A DNA stretch of 64,000 nt from Sedimentisphaerales bacterium (GTDB lineage: Bacteria; Planctomycetota; Phycisphaerae; Sedimentisphaerales; Anaerobacaceae). A model generated the notes under the pieces. The model was not told the origin of the DNA. It saw only the letters and a list, made by a program, of their open reading frames with translations, and searched no databases. Where the stretch lies: NCBI GenBank assembly GCA_963708075.1, contig OY970194.1, forward strand, positions 416,001-480,000, in the 5' to 3' direction. The number at the start of each line of letters is the position of its first letter. The first letter of the stretch is position 1. Positions 33,582-45,500 of the stretch are shown here, piece by piece. The position numbers and the translations under genes were made by a program.

Positions 33582-36500
33582 TCACCAGCGGAAGAAGCGG
33601 TAGGGGTCATCCCATTCTTCGGACTCGTCCAGGTAGAATCCGTGTAGCCAGCGGCCGGGCTCGGTGCTTGCCGCCGGGGTGGAGAATCGGGTCAGCAGGG
33701 GCGTCTCACTGCCGGCTCCCAGGTTGCCGAGGAGCCGCGCCACGAGGAAACTGGTCCGCCGGAACGTTCGCTTGAGCCCAAAGTTATTGCGGTAGTCAAA
33801 CTGCCATGGGGCCAGTTGGCAAAAGACCACGTTGGCGTCCGAGGCGACGGCAAGCACGCCGTCACCAACGATTGCAGCGCCGCCGCCGACCAGGGGAACC
33901 GTGCGTGGATCGCGGCTGTGTACGTCCGCCGGCCCGATACCCGCCAGCGGTGAGTTCGCCTCCGGCGGCTCGAAATACGCGTTGATGTGCTCCGCCGGCT
34001 TCATCGAAACCTTGAAAGGCAGCATCGCACGGGCCTCTTCCTGGGGCAAGCCGATGGCCAGCACGTGGCCGCCCACCTTGAGAAACGCGCTGAACGGCGT
34101 CTCTGTGCGCTGAGAGGTCCCTGGCGCCCGGCCCTACGACCAGCACCTGGCTCGGCTTCAACTCCGCGCCGGTGTATGTGCCGAGCTGAAGCCCCGCCGC
34201 TTGGAGGTGCGCAGCGCCTGCCTGCTCGCCAGTGTAGAGGGCCTCTCGCCGTGGCGACGGCTTCCACTCGCTGACGTATTCGAGGAGATTCGCGGTCAAT
34301 ATCCGTGCCGCCGGGTCGGTTTCCGTCCGCCCGGTCACATCTATCTGGCAGAACAGTACCATCCCGTTGCCTTCGCGGTACTCCATGAGCGGGCTGTACT
34401 GCAGGCTGAATCCGCCGTCCACGATCGGCAGGAAGTCGCCATACGCAGGCTTTTCGATGAGGACCGATGCCACGTTGCCCCGGGATTGCCGCAGCGCCAC
34501 GCGCGGGTCACCGGGATGCCGCACCACGTCACCGTCGGCGCACCGTTGAACTTTGGGTTCAACTCATATTTCAATCGCGGCGGCAGAATCGTGGCCTCGC
34601 CGCGCCAGTCCCTCAGATGCTCCGTCGCAAGTCCGGCGAGGGCAGGATGATCCGGCACGCGGCAGAAGACCTGCCGCAGTCCGTACTCCGCCACGCGAAA
34701 GCCGAATCGCTTCTCCAGCACTTCCGGCGTCTGCTCGAATACGAGCACCTTGAGCCCCTCCCGCACGCGGCCGATGTCCGGCGCCGGCCCGTCCACAGTC
34801 AAGGCCGCCTTGCCGACAATGAGCACGTCATAAGCCGCCAGGTCCGCCTTTGCGTCAGCGGTGTCAGCATGGATGCCCATGCCTTGAGCAGTTCAACCGT
34901 CTCGCCCTTCGGGTCGAACACCGCCACTTTCCCCTCGATGTTTGGAGGGGACCGGCGGGGAAGGACATGAATCGTGAAGTCGTCTTCCTGGGTCTCACCT
35001 GTACCGAACACCGCCTTTATGCTCAGCTCGTACTGGCCGGGCTTGAGCGTCCCGGGCAGGTCGAAACGCATCGGTATCCGCGCCTGCTGGCCGGTCTCCG
35101 ACGGTGACCTTGCTCTGGCCGGCTATCGGCTGCGGGCAGGGCCAGCGACCACGAGCACTCGCAGCTCACCGGCTCGCGCGAGTTGTTGATCACGATGATC
35201 TGCTTTTCGACCGTCTCGCCGGCGAGGAAGTTGTGGTCCTTGCTGGTGAAGCGGGCGGGCTTGCCGGCGATGTAGGCCAGCAGCGGCCGGTTGTTGCGGA
35301 TCAGGGCCTGTGCCGCCGGCGGTGGGGACCCAGTCCGTGCGCTCGTAGGCCAGGTCCATCCGCTCGTATCGCTGCTCCTGGTAGTCGGGGCTGAAGCCCG
35401 GCCGCTGCAGGTTGTCCCAGTCCACCTGGACCAGCTCCCGGCGGTTCCTGTCCACGCCCGGCCGCAGCTTGACCAGAATGTGATGCTCCCAGGGCGAGTT
35501 CGCCGACACGCCCCAGGTGCGGAACGCCCGCCAGTTGTCCGTCAGAGTACATGGCGAACACCGGGTACCGCTCGTCGAAAGTCGCGTCGAGCCCACCTGG
35601 TGCGGGATAGTCCCAGCGATGCCAGAGCTTGCCGGCGCGGAACTGCTTCGCCTCCCAGCGCAGGTTCGCCTTCTCCGCCTCGCTGATCTGGAAGGCCGCG
35701 GTCGCCGAAGAACTGCGCGTTCCACTCCGCCAGGCAGAACTCCCACGGCACCACGGCGCTGCCGAACTCCCGCTTGCCCTTGTACCAGCCGCGGTACATC
35801 GTCCAGTCCCAGGTGAACGGCGCGCCGTATTCGCAGGTGAACACCGGCTTGACGCCCTGCGTCGCCCAGTGCTCGAACCAGTCGGACAGTCTCCTGGATC
35901 GGGACGAAGTTCGGGTAGAAGTTGATCGCGTGCATCGAGCCCAGGTTGCCCGAGGCGTGGTGATAGACGATGCGGCCGGGGTCCAGGCGCTTGACGATCG
36001 CCTCCGCCCGCAGGGCGAGCTTGACGTTCCTCATGGCCCACGTGTCGCGGGCGTCCTGGATGCCGTCGATCATGTCCGGGTTCATGTCCTCGTTGTAGCC
36101 CGTGGCGTTGTGGCTCATCGAGTACATCACGACGGACGGATGGTTCTGCGCCGCGCGGACGTAGAACTCCGCATGGCGGGCGTAGCCGTTGTTCCGGTCG
36201 GCGTCGGCGGCTTGCCAGTCGTAGTGGCTGAAATGCGGCTGCGAGAAGGAGACGAGCATCCCCACGTCATCGGCCGCCCGCAGGATCTCCGCGAAGCCCA
36301 GGTGCGAGCCGGGCTCGCAGCCGTAGTTGTGGGTGTAGACGAAGTTGATGCCGAAGCTCTTGAGCCGCTCGCAGGCTCTCGCGCGCGGCCTCGTAGGTGG
36401 CCAGCGCCGCGCCGATCTGGGCATTGTCCAGCGGCACGGCGCGAGAGGAAGATGCGGCGTGCCGTTGAGGTAGAAGTCCCGGCCGTCGATCCAGAACTCG

Positions 36501-37507
36501 CGGAACCCGAAGCGCATCGGTCCAGGCGGTGTCCAGCACGCTCGCCCCCGGCGTCCAGCAGCGAGACCTCCAGATCGTACATGTTCTCCGGCGTGTGGAT
36601 GTCCCAGAGCTTGTCGGGCATCCATTTCTCCGTGAACGCGATACGGCCCTCCTTGAGATCGCTCGCCACGGAACGGCCGGCTGGTGAACTCCTTGACGCT
36701 GCGGCCGTCCTTCAGTGACTCTGCGCGCGAAGGGCGTACTGCGCGTCCGCGGCGAGTCCCTCGACCGCCGCGTCGAACGTGATCTCCCGCTTGCGCACCG
36801 ACGTGTCCACCCTCACGTCGGCGATGCGCGGCCCGGACGGCGTGCTCGACCAGGTAGACATCGCCGCACAAGCCGCGCCGCGCCACGGAGCCCTTGACCT
36901 CCCGGGCCGAGGCGCTGTCGCGTGTAGGAGAGCATGACGCCCTTGAGCGGCATGGCGACCACGAGCAGGCTGAGCCTGTGCGTGTCGCCCGGCCGGCACA
37001 CCGAGGTGAGGTCCACCTCGCCTCCGGGAAACCGAACTTCGCCCGCCTTCGCGCCATCCACGTACACGACCGCATAGGAATTCAGGTACTCGACGGAGAG
37101 CGCGATGCGACGGCTCGGCCCAATCGGCGGGAATCGCGATCTCCCGCTCATACCAGGCCGCCGTGACGTCACTGAGCCTGCGGCTTGCCCAACTCGGGTG
37201 AGCGTAGACCGTCTGGCAGTCCTTCTGCATGTAGTCGGTGATGCCGGGCCAGCATCCGGGGACCTTGAAATAGCCCCAATTCGCCGCCGGGCACCTGTTC
37301 GCGACTGCGCCTCCGCGGGCTGCCATCGCCAGAGCCCGTTGATGCAGATCCGCTCGCGGGTCGGCGTCGGTTCTCATGGTACGCCTTGGACATATCCCAG
37401 ACCGCCCGGACACCCTCCGGCAGCGGTGTCTGCGCGAAGGTCGTGGCTGCCAGACACGCCGTGCAGACAACGATCAACATGCGGCATCGACCCATCTCTC
37501 GTTCCAT
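33582..37507 (-). CDS. Large secreted GH2-like glycoside hydrolase, broken by many frameshifts
   Basis: Fragments WGYFKVPGCWPG, FGFREFWIDGRDFYLNG, ADDVGMLV, NHPSVVMYSMSHN and FTCEYGAP, ending DDPYRFFRW. Pieces lie in all three minus frames. Confidence 0.75.
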
Positions 37508-37553
37508 AATCTCATCCTCCTGTCTGAGGGTTGAATTCACTCATCCGCCTCAA

Positions 37554-40500
37554 TCACGGATACCGCGGCGGGCACAGCGGCGTCTTGTCTTCTCGCAGCG
37601 AGGCTCGGCGGGTGTAGAGCGGCACCTTGGAGCCTTTGGGCTCAAGACCGAGCACGGTGCTGCCCTTCCAGCGGACCTGGTAGCGGACGCCGGCCGCGGT
37701 TTCGACGGTTTCATATTCCCTGAGCCGGAACAGGACATCGATTCTCTCACCGGCCCTGACGCCGGGAATGATCACGTAACGCCCATCCATCTCGGCGGGC
37801 GAAGACCGCTGCTGCACGCGCACGCTATTCGGGTCCGCCCCGTCGGGCAGGCGCAGCGCCAGCCGGGCCAGCGGCTGATGGGCGACCACGGCGGCATGGC
37901 CCTCATGGGGCAGCCAGCTCCATACCTGGGCGGCGATGGGCGTGCCGGACGTGAGTTGCGCTTCGGCTGGGCCGTGCACGGTACGATTGAATAGCAGGTG
38001 AATGCGCAGTTCCTTCCCGCCTGGGACGTCGCGCCATTCGGTTTGCGCGTTCCAGGCCAGCGCTAATCCCTGCACGCCGCCGCCGGCGCCACAGCCTTCG
38101 ATGTCATCATGGCCGATGAGATCGTTAGCAGTGCCCCAGCATTGGAAGGTGCCGCGGATCATACGGTCGATGCCGGCGTACGTGGCCCTGTCGGTGCGCG
38201 GCGTCTGCGGTGCGAGTGGGGCGAGGAAGTCAAGGTCCATGAACTGGCTTTCGAGAAGTTGATTGCGGAGGTGCCGGTCGATTTCGCCGAAGGGATCGCC
38301 AGCGCCTGCGCGATAGAGTACAAGGCCCAGGCGGATGCGTGACGCGATCGCGCAGGACTCGCAGATGTGGCCGCCGGACACGTCGGCGACCCAGCCATAC
38401 CGCGTCGTATGCGTGCGGCCGATCCAGTCATAGACTCGCCTGGCCCACGCGACCAACTCCGGGCGATCCGTGAGCCGGCCGAACTCGGCGATGCCCGCGG
38501 CCATGTCCATCGTCGAATGCAGATGTCCCCACCAGCCTTCGCCTTGCTCGACTTCGCCGTCGGGCTTGATGAAGCTGCTGACCTGTGTTGGATAGCGGAT
38601 CAGCTTCTCCAGGAAAGCGCGAGCGTCATCGCGTCCGGAGAGTTGCCAATACTCGACGAGCGGCAGGATCAGGCGCCCGCCGTACCAGGGCGGCGCATCT
38701 TTGCCTTTCGGCTCATCGACAAGTTGCCGGCCATCGAATTCGTATTTCGGGAAATAGACATAGTCGCCCCGATCCACGGCCAAACGCATCAGGCCATCCG
38801 CGTGACGGTCGAGCAGCCGGCGGGCTTGGGGCGAGCCGGTCTCACGGTGCCAGGCGAGCAGCCCGAGCATCGCGGTGGACTGGCTAAACAGACAGGCTCG
38901 GCGGGGCGTCCACTCCGTGCCCTGCGTGTAGCACAGGCCGTCGGCGGGATCGAACAGGCCCGCGAGATACGTGTGCAGGATGTTCTCTCGCGGGTCCATT
39001 GGAATGCCCGTCATGCGCCGGGCCATGATCAGCGCCTCGGTGTATCGGCCCGTCATGTCACCATCATCCCATTTCTCGTGTTCGGCTCGTGGCGGATTGG
39101 CGAACGGGTATATACGGAAGAACGGTTGGCCGCCGCGCTGCAGGTCCATTCTCGCCAGCATACTCATCGCGCCCAGGCGGGCCGCGTCCTGGAGCTCATA
39201 GGTGTCGGGGAACGCGAAGTCTGACGCGGTCAGGAATTGACGGACCGCAGGCTTCAGCCGATCCCGGTAAGTCGGCTCGCGTCCCTGCGACGGGCTGACG
39301 TCGACAACTGTGTCGCCTCTCCATTGGATTCGCCAGTTCTGGCCACCCGCCAGGACATTTTCCGTCAGCTCTCGCAGGGGGTAGCGCACGGAGACCCGCG
39401 TCTTGGCGGGCACGTGAGCCAGCACGACGTAGCTGTTCTCGTATTTCGCAGAGGCGGCCGTGTCGCCGACGAACACGGTGACATCTTCAGGCTTTACCCA
39501 TCGGGGCAGGCGCACGCGCACCGCGCCGGGGGATTGCGGAGTGATGTCAACCCGGCCTTCAAACGGGTGGTAGCTGACGATCCGGCCTGCCGGACCGCTC
39601 ATGCTCAAGGCGAAATTGACCGTCAAGCCCGATTCGTCGAACATCTGGATGGCACTCCACGCCAGGGCCAGGGCTCTCATGCCGCCATTGAGGCAGCAGC
39701 CTTCGACCGTGCCCACGTCTTCACCGCCGCGCGTGCCGAGGTGGCCGCCGGGCAGAGACTGGCTGTCGAAGCAGCCGAGCAGCAGGGGCGTGGGCGGCTG
39801 GGGCCCGCCGCTGTAGGCGCTGAGATCGCGAAATTGGGCTTCGACCACTTGGTTGCGGACGAACCGCTCCACATCATCAAGGTACTCCACGTGGCCGGTC
39901 GCGGCCAGTTCCAGGGCCAGCCGGATCGCACTGGAGATTGCGCATGTCTCGCAGGAGCCGTGCGTCGGGAACGTGGCGATCCAGCCGAACGATGTTGTGT
40001 TCGTGCGCTGCACCCAGTCATACGTGGCCCGGCAGCGGCGGACAGTCTGTTCGCGGTCGAGCGAGGACGAATTCCTCGCCGTGCGGACGCAGCCCGCGAG
40101 CGTTTCGAGCCAGGAATGGATGTGCCCCTCCCACGAGAGGGCCTTGGTGATCTCCCCGTTCGGGCCGAGCACGGGGTCGGTCATGGCCCAGCGTGTGAGC
40201 CCCTCGGCCAATGTCAGAGCGTCGTGGTAGCCGGTCAGCTCATAGAAGTGAATGATCGGCCAGATCTGGTAACCGGCGAGATGGCTGCCCGAAGCCTGCT
40301 CCAGCTTCACCGTTTCATCCACAAGCTGATCCCCTTGCCGCTCCATGCGTGCGAGTTGCCCGCTGATCAGCCGCTCGATTGCAGTACGGATCGCAGGGTC
40401 GCCCGAATCCTCAAACCACGCGAGCAGCCCGTATAGTGCACTGCCCTGGGAGAAGGAGTGGTCCACGGCCCCGGTGTTCGGGTCATGCACCAGGCCGTCG

Positions 40501-40898
40501 GGGCCGAGCAGCTTGAGCAGGTAGCGGCCCAATCGTCCCTCGGCCACGGAGAATTCCGGCCGGCACACGCCCATCCGGCGAGTGAGGATCAGCCCCTCCA
40601 GGTATCGCCCGGTCATGTCGCCGAGATCCCAACTCGCGTGCTCCGGCGTTGTCGGCACGCCACCCTGACCTCTGAGCAGGAACCAGGGGCGGTAATCTTG
40701 TGCAGGGTCGAGCCGACGGACGATGGCTTGGGCGGCCAGAGCCATCGGCTCACCCAGATAGAGCGTCCTGCAGCCCGCGTGCTCGTTCGATTCGACCACG
40801 GTCTTTCGCTGGCCGGCACAACCGGCAAGGAGCATCGCAAGGGCCATGGTGAGCAGCAGATTCCATGGGGTCCGGTTTGCCGCGGTCTGTTTCGTCAT
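37554..40898 (-). CDS. Lipoprotein with two tandem GH127/DUF1680-like (beta-L-arabinofuranosidase-like) domains
   Basis: LAGC lipobox. Duplicated WDxGDMTGRY, GH(I/L)HS, CE(T/S)CAI, RN.L.E.QF and EGC(C/G) motifs. Confidence 0.75.
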   Translation of the reverse strand: MTKQTAANRTPWNLLLTMALAMLLAGCAGQRKTVVESNEHAGCRTLYLGEPMALAAQAIVRRLDPAQDYRPWFLLRGQGGVPTTPEHASWDLGDMTGRYLEGLILTRRMGVCRPEFSVAEGRLGRYLLKLLGPDGLVHDPNTGAVDHSFSQGSALYGLLAWFEDSGDPAIRTAIERLISGQLARMERQGDQLVDETVKLEQASGSHLAGYQIWPIIHFYELTGYHDALTLAEGLTRWAMTDPVLGPNGEITKALSWEGHIHSWLETLAGCVRTARNSSSLDREQTVRRCRATYDWVQRTNTTSFGWIATFPTHGSCETCAISSAIRLALELAATGHVEYLDDVERFVRNQVVEAQFRDLSAYSGGPQPPTPLLLGCFDSQSLPGGHLGTRGGEDVGTVEGCCLNGGMRALALAWSAIQMFDESGLTVNFALSMSGPAGRIVSYHPFEGRVDITPQSPGAVRVRLPRWVKPEDVTVFVGDTAASAKYENSYVVLAHVPAKTRVSVRYPLRELTENVLAGGQNWRIQWRGDTVVDVSPSQGREPTYRDRLKPAVRQFLTASDFAFPDTYELQDAARLGAMSMLARMDLQRGGQPFFRIYPFANPPRAEHEKWDDGDMTGRYTEALIMARRMTGIPMDPRENILHTYLAGLFDPADGLCYTQGTEWTPRRACLFSQSTAMLGLLAWHRETGSPQARRLLDRHADGLMRLAVDRGDYVYFPKYEFDGRQLVDEPKGKDAPPWYGGRLILPLVEYWQLSGRDDARAFLEKLIRYPTQVSSFIKPDGEVEQGEGWWGHLHSTMDMAAGIAEFGRLTDRPELVAWARRVYDWIGRTHTTRYGWVADVSGGHICESCAIASRIRLGLVLYRAGAGDPFGEIDRHLRNQLLESQFMDLDFLAPLAPQTPRTDRATYAGIDRMIRGTFQCWGTANDLIGHDDIEGCGAGGGVQGLALAWNAQTEWRDVPGGKELRIHLLFNRTVHGPAEAQLTSGTPIAAQVWSWLPHEGHAAVVAHQPLARLALRLPDGADPNSVRVQQRSSPAEMDGRYVIIPGVRAGERIDVLFRLREYETVETAAGVRYQVRWKGSTVLGLEPKGSKVPLYTRRASLREDKTPLCPPRYP

Positions 40899-40962
40899 AT
40901 CATCCCTCACTTTGGCTCAGGCAGATCGACATCGTACCCGGTACGTTACTCGGCAAATCCCA

Positions 40963-42438
40963 TTACGTCAACCGCTCGGCGAGGAGGCTGCGGCGCATGT
41001 AGCTGATGACGCGAACGTTGAAGAATTCGTTCAACGGGAGACGTTCCCAGACCGCCACGACGATGGGATAGCTGCCGATCTGCCGCATGAAGGTGGTGTT
41101 GCCGTTGTGGACCTCGCTGCACAGGTCCTTCAGCACGGTCCCGATGGGGAAGAGCCTCTGGAGCATGGGAATGTCGATCTCCTGGCGGACTTTCTCGATC
41201 CAGGGGGTATAGTATTTCTGATTCCGGCGGAGGTATTTCTGGCCGGCCTGTTCATACAGTGCGGTCCCCGGGAACGGCACGACGCGGCGGATGTTGATCC
41301 GCCGGATGAGAAGTCCCTCGTCGAGGATGCGCTTCAGGGCGGCGAAATTCTTCTCCAGCGTCTGCTCGGTTTCGCCGGCCAGGCCGAGCAGGATGTTGAT
41401 CCCCGGTAGCAAGGCGTGACAGCCGTTCTCGCCTCGGAATCCGCCGATACGATTAACCGTACGGATTGCCTCGAATGCCATGTCGTAGGGGCAGTTGAGG
41501 TTGTTCGCCCGCGTGACCTCGGGGTCGAAGGATTCGATTCCCATGGCGGCAGTGCTGCCCGGCGTCAGGTACTTGACGAAAAGCTCTGTTCGCCGCTCGT
41601 CGATCATCTGGGGATTCGCATTGTCGATGTGCAAGACAGCGGGCTTGAGTGCCGCCACACCCGCGAGCATCGCCTCCAGTTTCTGAGGATCGCCGCCTTC
41701 GTAACTGTAGATGCACGACTGTTTGCCCAGCCGGAAGGCCCTGGCGCCGAGTGACATCAAAGTTCTCACTTCCTCGATGACCAGATCGCTCGTTCGCCAC
41801 TGGACCGTGTGTTTGAGCGGCTCGGTGCAGAACGAGCAGCCTGTTTGCCGGGGGCAGCCCCGCCCAGTCTCGATCTCAACGATTCGGTTCTCCATCCGGG
41901 GCATTTGCGAGATCAGGTGGGCGCCTTTGAGAGCATAAGGCTGAAGCTCCTCGTAGGTCTCGAACGCGAAAGGGCGCAGCTCGTCGAAATCTTCGGCCTG
42001 AGGCACTTGTGGGCGAGAGCCGCCGCGGAACTGCGTGCCGCCGGTCAGGACCGGGCCGGTCAGGACCTTGCGCATGGGGAACGATCCCAGCAACTTCCTG
42101 GCCTCTCGCGGCGTCCCCGGCCGGGCGCTGAGGTACTTGCCGGGCGTCTGCACGCCGATGATGAGGACCAGTTCCTCGGTGTTCTCCAGGACCCGCCGGA
42201 TTTCCTCGTAGCTGCGAGTGTGGTTGAGCACCTCAATGTGCGTCCGTCCCGCGGGTGGGTCGATCACGACCCTGGGGACCGATTCGACATATCGGACGAG
42301 TCGGATGTCATCGATCGTCAGATAGGTCGGCTCTTCTTCATACAATCCGGCCACGTAGCGGGGCCAGACCCCTACGAACGGCGGGACGCCTAGCCCCGCC
42401 GGCTCATCGGTATAACAATCCAGGATTGCCCTTGTCAT
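40963..42438 (-). CDS. Radical SAM protein (COG1031-like)
   Basis: ILDCYTDEPAGLGVPP, EIETGRGCPRQTGCSFCTEP, LHIDNANP and RRINIR. Confidence 0.85.
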   Translation of the reverse strand: MTRAILDCYTDEPAGLGVPPFVGVWPRYVAGLYEEEPTYLTIDDIRLVRYVESVPRVVIDPPAGRTHIEVLNHTRSYEEIRRVLENTEELVLIIGVQTPGKYLSARPGTPREARKLLGSFPMRKVLTGPVLTGGTQFRGGSRPQVPQAEDFDELRPFAFETYEELQPYALKGAHLISQMPRMENRIVEIETGRGCPRQTGCSFCTEPLKHTVQWRTSDLVIEEVRTLMSLGARAFRLGKQSCIYSYEGGDPQKLEAMLAGVAALKPAVLHIDNANPQMIDERRTELFVKYLTPGSTAAMGIESFDPEVTRANNLNCPYDMAFEAIRTVNRIGGFRGENGCHALLPGINILLGLAGETEQTLEKNFAALKRILDEGLLIRRINIRRVVPFPGTALYEQAGQKYLRRNQKYYTPWIEKVRQEIDIPMLQRLFPIGTVLKDLCSEVHNGNTTFMRQIGSYPIVVAVWERLPLNEFFNVRVISYMRRSLLAERLT

Positions 42439-42558
42439 TTACTATTTACCATTTACGATTTACCATTTAGGATCGACGTTTGATCGTTACGGTTCTGGGC
42501 CACCCACCCGGCAGATTGTAAGTCGTAGACGGCAAATTGTAAATCCGGAGGGCTCGTT

Positions 42559-45500
42559 ATGAAGCCGAAGTATTCCGTCGTTCCGCTTCTTGTCGTTCTT
42601 CTCTCCCTGTTGTTCGGCCCCAATGCGTGCCTGGCGGCAGGGCCGGTCACGATCATCGAGCCTGCAGAGCCTGAGTTGTGCGAGCATCTGGCCGCGAAGG
42701 AGATTCGCCGTTACTTCTACCTGCGGACGGATGCCCTCGTGCCCATCGCCTCCAACGCCCGTCGGCTGCCGTCGGATGGGGACCTGATCATCGTCGGGCA
42801 CAGCGGGCGGCCTCTCATCAAGAGGGCGATGAGGAATGATGCTCAACTGGCCGGGTCAGTTGCATCGCTCAAACCGGAGCAGTACCTGCTGAAGACGGTT
42901 TCCCTCGGTAATGCGGGCGGGCGCAAGGCACTGCTCGTCGTTGGCGGCGATTCGGTCGGCACGCTCTACGGGGCGTATCGATTGGCCGAGCATCTGGGCG
43001 TGCGGTTCTATTTGCATGGCGATGTCGTGCCGGATGAGAAGATGGTTCTGACGTTGCCGGACCTGGAGGATCGGGGCGAGCCGCTGTTCAAAACTCGCGG
43101 CATCCAGCCTTTCCACGATTTCCCGGAGGGGCCCGACTGGTGGAACACCGACGACTACAAGGCGATCATCGCCCAGCTTCCCAAGCTGCGGATGAATTTC
43201 ATCGGCCTGCACACGTACCCGCAGGGCGGCGTCGGCCCGGAGCCTACCGTCTGGATCGGGCTGAAAGAGGATGTGAATCCGGACGGCACCGTCCGCCTCA
43301 GCTCGCCTTCGAGCTATCAGAACACGCTTCGTGGCAACTGGGGCTATGTGGCCCGCAAGACGAGCGATTTCTCCTTCGGTACGGCCCAGTTGTTCGAGCG
43401 GGACGATTACGGCCCGGAGGTGATGGACGGCGCGATGCCCTGGCCGACGACGCCGGAGGACAGGAACACCGTCTTCAACCGCACGGGCGAGGTACTTCGG
43501 CAGGCCTTCGAGTACGCTCACACGCTTGGCGTGCGGACGTGCGTGGGCACGGAGACACCGCTGATCATCCCGGACGTCGTCAAGGAACGCATCAAGAGCA
43601 TGGGCAAGGACCCCGCCGATCCGGCTGTGGTTCGCGAGGTCTATGAGGGGATGTTCCAGCGGATCGCGAAGGCCTACCCGCTCGATTACTACTGGTTCTG
43701 GACGCCCGAATCGTGGACGTGGGGCAATCCGAAGGACGAGGAGATTGCGTCGACGGTCGCGGACTTCAAGGCGGCCATGGAGGCGGTGAAGAATGTCAAA
43801 TCACCGTTCACGCTCGCCACGTGCGGCTGGGTGCTCGGTCCGCCGAAGGACCGAGCTTTGTTCGACAACTCCCTGCCCAAGGACATGCCGATGAGCTGCA
43901 TCAACCGCCAGGTGGGTTTCACACCGGTTGAGGTGGGCTTCTCGCGTGTGAAAGGCCGGCCCACTTGGGCGATTCCTTGGATGGAGGACGATCCGGCCTT
44001 GCTCATCCCGCAGCTTTGGGTGGGTCGGATGCGTCGCGATGCCGCCGATGCTCTCGCCTACGGCTGCTCCGGCCTGCTCGGGATCCACTGGCGCACGCGG
44101 ATCCTCGGACCCAACGTCTCGGCGCTGGCCAAAGCCGCCTGGGAACAGAAGCCCTGGAACCCGTACATAGGCAAGGAGGTCCCCATCCCCGATCCGAAGC
44201 GCATGGAAGGGCGGGAGGGCGGCAATGTCGCCGCGTTCCCCAACAACCCGATTGCCGACACGGAGCAGGATGCCCTCTACCAGACGGTCACATGGGACGT
44301 GAGAGCGTATCGGCTCAAGGTGCCGAACGGGACATACGCCGTGCGTCTGCAGTTCTGCGAGCCACATTACGCCGAGGTGGGCAAACGAGTCTTTGGCGTG
44401 ACCCTGCAGGGCCGCAAGGTCATCGACAATCTCGACATCTTCGCCGCGGTCGGTAAGAACCGCGCGCTGGATTACACCTTCCCCGACGAGAAGGTTTCCG
44501 ACGGCATGCTTGAGATTCTGTTTGACAGCATCGTGGAGTTCCCGTGCGTCGCCGCATTCACGGTGGAAGGGCCGGGCGTCACTCGCAAGATCAACTGCGG
44601 CGGGCCTGCCGTCGAGGGCTATGAGGCCGACATGGCGCCGTCGAATGCGGATGGCCGGCCCCGCGATTTGCCCACGCAGGACTTCTACCGCGACTGGGCG
44701 AAGGCCGAGTTCGGGGAGGAGGTGGCCGAGCCGATCGCCAAGCTGTTTATCATACTTGATGGCGGGTCGGATATGGGAATAGGCAAGAAGCGAGATTCGT
44801 ACCTGCCTCGGCCGTCCACATGGGTCGATGGCCCCGGCGGAATCCAGCCGGACCCAAGGCCCTGGAGCGAGGTCGAGAAGGAGTACGCATTTGTCGACGA
44901 CATGGCGGCGCTGCGCCCGAAGATCACAGGCGCCGGCAATCTCGAACGCTTCGACTTCTGGCTCAACAACTTCCGCTACCTCAGAGCGACAGGGCAGGTC
45001 AACTGTACGTGGGCGCGATTCAACGCTGTAATGGAAGAAGTCAAGAAAGAGAGCGATCCCGGCAAGCAGAAGGAGCTTGCCCGTGAGAAGGCCTTGCCGA
45101 TCCGGCGTGAGTTGATCAGGCATGTCGGTGAAGCGCATCAGTTCCTGCTGGCGGCGATCACGACCACCGGCGGCATGGGCACGGTGGCCAACTGGCAACA
45201 GCACTTGCTGCCGAATCTGCTCATCAAGCCCGGCGAAGAGCTGGCCAAAATTCTCGGCGAGAAGTTGCCGGAGGATGCAAGCCTGCCGCTGTCCTATGAC
45301 GGTCCGGCCCGAATGATCGTACCGACCGCGAGGACGAGCCTGACGGCAGGGGAGGATCTGCGGCTGAAGGTGATCGTGATTGGTTCTGACACGCCCGAGA
45401 AAGCCCAAGTCCACTGGCGGCCACTCGGCCAAGGCGAATTCGAGACCATACCCTTGCAGCACGTCGCTCGCGGAGTGTACTCGGCGCAGATTCCCGCGAA

